This document shows positions 59,212-64,000 of a DNA stretch of 64,000 nt, piece after piece. Numbering within the stretch: the stretch's first letter is position 1; each line of letters starts with the position of its first letter. This stretch comes from a candidate division WOR-3 bacterium (GTDB taxonomy: Bacteria; Hydrothermota; Hydrothermia; LBFQ01; DSFT01), in NCBI GenBank assembly GCA_039802865.1, contig JBDRXL010000001.1:1723-65722 (forward strand). The letters are read 5' to 3'. Position numbers and translations under genes: made by a program. The notes under the pieces are model-generated. The model saw only the letters and a program-made list of their open reading frames with translations, was not told the origin of the DNA and searched no databases.

Positions 59212-59778
59212 ATGAAATATCTATTAGATTTCAATTTTAGAAGGGGATATATCGTTTATCCATCAATTGTTGTAGTTGTAGGAGTTTTTGATAAGAATTT
59301 AAGGGCAAATTTTATGTCATGTATATGGAATACTCCTCTTTCATTTGATCCACCGCTTTATGGAGTTTCAATATCTCCTACAAGAGCAACATATAATTTA
59401 ATTTTAGAAAGAGAAGAATTTTCTATATGTTTTTGGCCATTTGATAAAGTTCAAGATGTTGAATTTTTTGGAACTTATAGTTATAGAGAAATTGATAAAT
59501 CAAAAGATATTAAATTAATTGAAAGTATTAAAACAAAAACTCCAATTCCAGAGAGAGCATATGCTGTTCTTGAATGCTCTTTATATGATTATACAACTTA
59601 TGGAGACCATACATTGTTCGTAGGTAAAATTCTTGTTATACATTTTGATGAAAATTCAACTTATGAGCTATTTAATATGCCTGTTTTAGATCTAAATAAA
59701 AAGAAACCTGTTTTATATCTTGGAAATGGCATATATTTAACCGTAGATGAAAAAACTATATTGAATTTGAGAAAGTAA
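59212..59778 (+). CDS. Flavin reductase-like (FMN-binding split-barrel) protein
   Basis: Flavin_Reduct-like pattern (FMSCIWNTPLSFDPPLYGVSISP...). About 188 aa. Confidence 0.55.
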   Translation: MKYLLDFNFRRGYIVYPSIVVVVGVFDKNLRANFMSCIWNTPLSFDPPLYGVSISPTRATYNLILEREEFSICFWPFDKVQDVEFFGTYSYREIDKSKDIKLIESIKTKTPIPERAYAVLECSLYDYTTYGDHTLFVGKILVIHFDENSTYELFNMPVLDLNKKKPVLYLGNGIYLTVDEKTILNLRK

Positions 59779-60451
59779 ATAAATAAACAAGATATTAGAA
59801 AAATTTCCAGAAGGGAAATTGTAGAAATTATAATAAAGGAGGAGATTGAGCAAAATAGGAAGATGATACAAGAGCTATGGGATATAATTAGGGAAGGGAA
59901 TAAAGTAAATGAAAGGTTATGGAAAACTGTTGAAGTTCTTGGTAAAAGGATAGATAAATTAACAAAAGTAAGTAAGGAGCAAGGTAAAAGAATAAATAGA
60001 TTAGAAAAAGCTTTGATTGAATTAACTGAAAGAGTAAATAATTTGACACAGGCAATTGAAGAAATGAGAAAAGCTAATCAAGAACAATTTGAAAGAATAA
60101 ATAAAAAATTTGATGAAATGAAAAAATACATAGACAATAAAATAAGTTCTCTTGGAGCACGATGGGGAATTGAATCAGAAAATACTTTCAGAAATTCAAT
60201 AGCTTATTTATTAAAAGACATAGGATTTAAGGTAGAAAAACTAATTTTCTTTGATGATGAAGGTTATGTATTCTCAAAACCTTCAACTATTGAAATAGAC
60301 CTTATTATAACAAATGGTAAAACAATAGCAATAGAAATAAAATCTAAGGAAAATTGATGATAAAATTTTTATAAGTCCATTTGTTTGTCCAGGTGGAGTT
60401 ATCAAGCTTGCACAAGAATTTAATATAAAAATTGAAAATGTAGAGCTTTAA
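59779..60451 (+). pseudogene. Decayed paralog of the 16019-17119 coiled-coil/PD-(D/E)XK gene. It lacks a start (homology begins right after the upstream stop), has a short coiled coil, and its C-terminal tail lies in a second frame.
   Basis: [30 protein letters not shown] matches the N-terminus of the full-length paralog. ...IAIEIKSKEN ends at a stop, then KIFISPFVCPGGVIKLAQEFNIKIENVEL continues in another frame and matches the paralog C-terminus. Confidence 0.45.
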
Positions 60452-60461
60452 AATTTTTGAA
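60445..60461 (+). promoter_or_regulatory. Promoter-like motif GCTTTAAAATTTTTGAA 2 nt upstream of the ATG at 60464
   Basis: Recurrent motif. Confidence 0.35.
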
Positions 60462-60463
60462 CA

Positions 60464-61675
60464 ATGAAATTTATAAGAGACCCTTTATATGAAGATTTTA
60501 TAATTTTAGACAATACTCTTTTAAAAGTTGTGGAGCATCCTTCATTTCAAAGATTAAGAAGAATTTCTCAACTTGGACTTGTAAGTTATATATATCCAGG
60601 CGCTACTCATACAAGATTTTCCCACTCACTTGGAACAGTTTATTTAATGGATGAAATTATTAAAAATTTGGAAATTAAGGGTTTTAAAATTGAAGAAGAA
60701 CTAAAAATATCTATGAAAATTTCTGCTCTTGTTCATGATATTGGACATGGACCATTTTCACATGCTCTTGAATTTACTTTATTAAACATAAAACATGAAG
60801 AGCTTACAAAATTGATATTAAAAAATGTCCTTAAAGACATAATTGGAGATGAGATTTGTAATAATGTTATTAAGATATTAAGCGGAGAGTTTGAGAAAAA
60901 ATTTGTAAATGAACTTATTAGTAGCCAACTTGATGTGGATAGACTTGATTATATTAGAAGAGATGCATTTTATTGTGGAGTTCATTATGGGTTAATTGAT
61001 GTTTCAAGAATTTTAAAAACTATTACTATTACAGATGATAATAAGTTAGCAATAGAAGAAAAAGGAAAGCATGCAGTTGAAGGTTATTTAGTTGCAAGAT
61101 ATTTAATGTATTGGTCAGTATATTTTCACAAAACAAATTTATCTTTACAAGCAATGCTATATTCATTATTTAAAAGGGCAAGGGATTTAATTGAAGAAAA
61201 ATGTGATATTCCACTTATTGAAAATTTAAGAATTCTTATTGAAGATGGAGTTAAAAGTGAAAGAGGTCTTAAAGCATTTTTAAATCTTGATGATAGCGAT
61301 ATGTTTTATTTATTTAAAATTTGGACAAATTCAAAAGATAGAATAATTTCAGATTTGTCAAGAAGAATTTTAAATAGGGAGATATTTAAAGTATATGATG
61401 AAGAGCTTTCTATTGAAGATATTGAAGAAATAAAAGATAATTTAAGAAAAGAGGGACTTGACCCAAAATATTATTTAATTGAAAAAGTTGCAATTGATAC
61501 TGCCTATGAACCATACAATTTAGATGGAGAAAGTAGTATAAAAGTTATTTTAAAGAATGGGAAAATAGTTGAAATTTCTCAAGCTTTACCAACAGATACT
61601 TTAAAGGCACTTTCAAGACCCATTAAAAAGAAACTTATATTTACACCCTTTCGTAAAAGCCACCAATCTGCTTAA
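60464..61675 (+). CDS. HD-domain dNTP triphosphohydrolase-like protein (dGTPase/SAMHD1-like family)
   Basis: HD motifs HTRFSHSLGT...HDIGHGPFSHA...DVDRLDYIRRD. About 403 aa. Confidence 0.65.
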   Translation: MKFIRDPLYEDFIILDNTLLKVVEHPSFQRLRRISQLGLVSYIYPGATHTRFSHSLGTVYLMDEIIKNLEIKGFKIEEELKISMKISALVHDIGHGPFSHALEFTLLNIKHEELTKLILKNVLKDIIGDEICNNVIKILSGEFEKKFVNELISSQLDVDRLDYIRRDAFYCGVHYGLIDVSRILKTITITDDNKLAIEEKGKHAVEGYLVARYLMYWSVYFHKTNLSLQAMLYSLFKRARDLIEEKCDIPLIENLRILIEDGVKSERGLKAFLNLDDSDMFYLFKIWTNSKDRIISDLSRRILNREIFKVYDEELSIEDIEEIKDNLRKEGLDPKYYLIEKVAIDTAYEPYNLDGESSIKVILKNGKIVEISQALPTDTLKALSRPIKKKLIFTPFRKSHQSA

Positions 61676-62681
61676 TTAATCCTTTCAATTCCAAGGATGT
61701 TAAAGTAGTAATAAGTTTTGAATAATCTTTAAAAATTTCAAGTAATTCATCAAAACTAACTCTCCCTACAATTTTCTCATAAACCAATTTTTCAAAATCA
61801 TCAAGCTCAATATTATTTAAATTTTTATTTATTGTTCCTAATTTAAACTCATTAAGTATATCTTCTGGACTTTCAACAATTTGAGCAATATTTTGTTTTA
61901 ATAATTTAATAGGACCCCTTGCTTGTGGAATATCTACTCTATTTGGAATTGTAAACACTTCTTTATTTAGTTCAAAAGCATATTTAGCGGTAATTAAAGC
62001 TCCTGAATCTTCTGAACCTTCAATTAACAAAACACCTATACTTAATGCTGATATTGTTAAATTTCTAATTGGAAATGTTTCCTTTGAAGGTTGAAAATCC
62101 AGAGGAAATTGCGATATAATTAATCCTCCTTCATTATAAATCCTTTTAAATAATTTCTCATTACTTTTTGGATGTAAAACATTAATTCCACTACCAAGAA
62201 CAACAATTGTATTTGGAATTGAACCTAAATGAGCATATGTATCTATTCCAATAGCTCCACCTGAAATAATAACAAGTTTTTGGGATAATATATTTGAGAA
62301 CTTATAAGCTAAATTTTTGCCATATTCAGTAGGTTTTCTTGTTCCAACAATAGCAAATTTTAATTTTTTTAACAATTTCAAATTTCCCCATGCATACAAT
62401 ATGGGAGTTGTAAATTCAAATTTTTCTAATTCTTCTGGAAAATTTTCATCCCCAAGAATTAGAATTTTTACATTTAATTTTTCTGCCTTTTTAACCTCTT
62501 CCTCTGCTCTTTTAAAGTCTAAATTTCTAATTTTTGGAACTAAGCTTTCTGGAATAATTTCTAATAATTCACTTGTTTTTGCCTTCATAATATTTTCAAC
62601 ATTTTTAAACTTATTTATTAATTTCCTATATCTACGTGCTCCAATTCCATCTGTTAATATAAGAGCAAGTTTTTCTATCAA
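61641..62681 (-). CDS. dprA: DNA processing protein DprA (Smf) with a C-terminal extension
   Basis: Rossmann-like core FAIVGTRKPTEYG...IISGGAIGIDTYAH. TTG start at 62679-62681. Confidence 0.7.
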   Translation of the reverse strand: MIEKLALILTDGIGARRYRKLINKFKNVENIMKAKTSELLEIIPESLVPKIRNLDFKRAEEEVKKAEKLNVKILILGDENFPEELEKFEFTTPILYAWGNLKLLKKLKFAIVGTRKPTEYGKNLAYKFSNILSQKLVIISGGAIGIDTYAHLGSIPNTIVVLGSGINVLHPKSNEKLFKRIYNEGGLIISQFPLDFQPSKETFPIRNLTISALSIGVLLIEGSEDSGALITAKYAFELNKEVFTIPNRVDIPQARGPIKLLKQNIAQIVESPEDILNEFKLGTINKNLNNIELDDFEKLVYEKIVGRVSFDELLEIFKDYSKLITTLTSLELKGLIKQIGGFYERV

Positions 62682-62720
62682 GATTAAAATTTTAAAGGAA
62701 ATTAAGCTTTTCAGTCTTAT

Positions 62721-62735
62721 CCTTTAAAATTTTCA
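62721..62735 (+). promoter_or_regulatory. Promoter-like motif CCTTTAAAATTTTCA 1 nt upstream of the V-ATPase B ATG. A second copy (GATTAAAATTTTAAAGG, 62683-62698) faces dprA.
   Basis: Recurrent motif on both sides of a divergent intergenic region. Confidence 0.4.
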
Positions 62736-62736
62736 T

Positions 62737-64000
62737 ATGAACGATTTGTCCGTCAAAGAATATACATCCGTAGATTACATATCTGGACCTCTTTTAATTG
62801 TTAAAAACGCAAAAGAGCTTTCATATGGAGCATTGGTAGAAATTGAGACAGAAACTGGTATTAAGAGAAGTGGTCAAGTTCTTGAAGTTACAGAAGATTT
62901 TGCAGTTATTCAAGTTCTTGAAGGAACATTAGGACTTGATGTTAAAACATGTAAAATTAGACTTGTAGAAGATGTTATTAGATTTGGTGTAAGTAGAAAT
63001 ATGATAGGAAGGATTTTTAATGGAAGAGGTGAGCCGATTGATGGACTTGGTCCTGTAATTCCAGAAAAAAGATTACCTATTATAGGTTCTCCAATAAACC
63101 CAGTTGCACGTGAAAAACCATCAGATTTTATACAAACAGGTATTTCCGCTATTGACGGATTTAATACACTTGTAAGAGGTCAAAAGCTACCATTATTCTC
63201 AGGTTCTGGATTGCCTGCTAATGAAATTGCTGCTATGATTATGAGATATGCTACTGTTAGAGGTGAAGGAGAACAATTCTTAATAGTATTTGGAGCAATT
63301 GGAATAACCCAAAGAGAATATGCTTACTTTAAACAACAATTTGAAGAAATGGGAGCAAGTAATAGATTAATAGCATTTATAAACTTGGCAGATGACCCCA
63401 CAATTGAAAGAATTTTAACTCCAAGATTTGCATTAACTGTTGCAGAATACTTTGCTTTTGAATTAGATTATCATGTATTAGTTATTCTTACAGATATTAC
63501 AAATTATTGTGAAGCATTAAGAGAAATATCTTCTGCAAGAGAGGAAGTTCCTGGAAGAAGAGGTTATCCAGGTTATATGTATACAGATTTAGCAAGCATT
63601 TATGAAAGAGCTGGAAGAATTAAAGGTAAAAAAGGCTCAGTTACTCAAATACCAATATTAACAATGCCCGATGACGATATTACTCATCCAATACCAGACT
63701 TAACAGGATATATTACAGAAGGACAAATTGTTCTTTCAAGAGAATTACATAGATTAGGAATATTTCCACCTATTGACATATTACCCTCACTTTCAAGACT
63801 TATGAATAATGGAATTGGTGAAGGTAAAACAGAAAAATATCATAGGCAATGGGCAGACCAGATATTTGCAGCATATGCAAGAGGAAAAGATAATAGAAGA
63901 CTTGCAGCAATTGTAGGTGAGGATGCATTATCTGAAATAGATAGAAAGTATATTAGATTTGCTGATGAGTTTGAAAAAGTTATGATAAATCAAGGTTTTC
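62737..64000 (+). CDS. V-type (A/V) ATP synthase subunit B (3' end beyond the window)
   Basis: Not in the ORF track because it runs off the window edge. Frame open from ATG 62737; [22 protein letters not shown]...[15 protein letters not shown]...[21 protein letters not shown] matches the non-catalytic B subunit. Confidence 0.8.
   Translation, partial: MNDLSVKEYTSVDYISGPLLIVKNAKELSYGALVEIETETGIKRSGQVLEVTEDFAVIQVLEGTLGLDVKTCKIRLVEDVIRFGVSRNMIGRIFNGRGEPIDGLGPVIPEKRLPIIGSPINPVAREKPSDFIQTGISAIDGFNTLVRGQKLPLFSGSGLPANEIAAMIMRYATVRGEGEQFLIVFGAIGITQREYAYFKQQFEEMGASNRLIAFINLADDPTIERILTPRFALTVAEYFAFELDYHVLVILTDITNYCEALREISSAREEVPGRRGYPGYMYTDLASIYERAGRIKGKKGSVTQIPILTMPDDDITHPIPDLTGYITEGQIVLSRELHRLGIFPPIDILPSLSRLMNNGIGEGKTEKYHRQWADQIFAAYARGKDNRRLAAIVGEDALSEIDRKYIRFADEFEKVMINQGF

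Noticed and set aside
26155-62727. Further embedded opposite-strand ORFs (26155-26367, 33684-33929, 39279-39509, 40691-40969, 41928-42116, 42981-43193, 43514-43696, 44363-44584, 49035-49331, 53496-53687, 62317-62727)
   Set aside because: Same reasoning: each overlaps a conserved gene on the other strand and has no motif of its own.
1-64000. Search for prophage, integrase, transposase or IS elements
   Set aside because: No integrase or transposase-like ORFs, no terminal inverted repeats flanking a gene block, and no att-like duplication at the tRNA-Leu. The MTase loci are interpreted as small R-M-type insertions rather than larger mobile elements.

Overview
This 64-kb window looks like chromosomal DNA from a very AT-rich bacterium (about 30% GC by eye), densely packed with genes on both strands. 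The proteins are rich in K, I, N and E. An Fe-S-type TrpRS Cys motif, multi-copy coiled-coil/PD-(D/E)XK proteins and a V-type ATPase B subunit hint at a Thermotogae-like thermophile; this is not verified.

Most genes are housekeeping: the 3' end of accC, murE, tRNA-Leu, hpf, mrdA, rodA, dxr, two tandem recF-like genes, trpS, panC, copA, nusB, pgk, bactofilin, slt, hpt, accB, efp, rlmI, mnmG, tgt, lysC, recJ, nnr, lspA, dprA and V-ATPase B.

Accessory or unusual content:
- A recurring perfect-palindrome promoter-like motif (CTTTAAAATTTTAAAG / CTTTAAAATTTTCA) sits 2-6 nt upstream of more than 20 start codons and 6 nt upstream of the tRNA. This implies near-leaderless transcripts. TTG start codons are common.
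- Two DNA methyltransferase loci: one MTase with a small downstream partner ORF, and one decaying R-M-like module after mnmG that has frameshifts in both genes, including a T6 tract in the MTase.
- A five-gene envelope operon downstream of nusB (PEGA protein, two CsgG/TolB-N-like lipoproteins, two LPP20/FlgP-like proteins).
- A 950-aa OmpA-family protein with five Ig-like spacer domains.
- A Cys-rich lipoprotein repeat-domain family present once in one gene and three times in the next.
- A coiled-coil nuclease-like gene built from 105-bp tandem repeats, plus a decayed paralog.
- Amidase paralogs sharing a ~200-bp identical gene-conversion tract, one copy carrying a 64-bp frameshifting deletion.
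- A tight four-gene operon of uncharacterised membrane proteins upstream of lspA.

No CRISPR array, integrase, transposase or prophage is evident.
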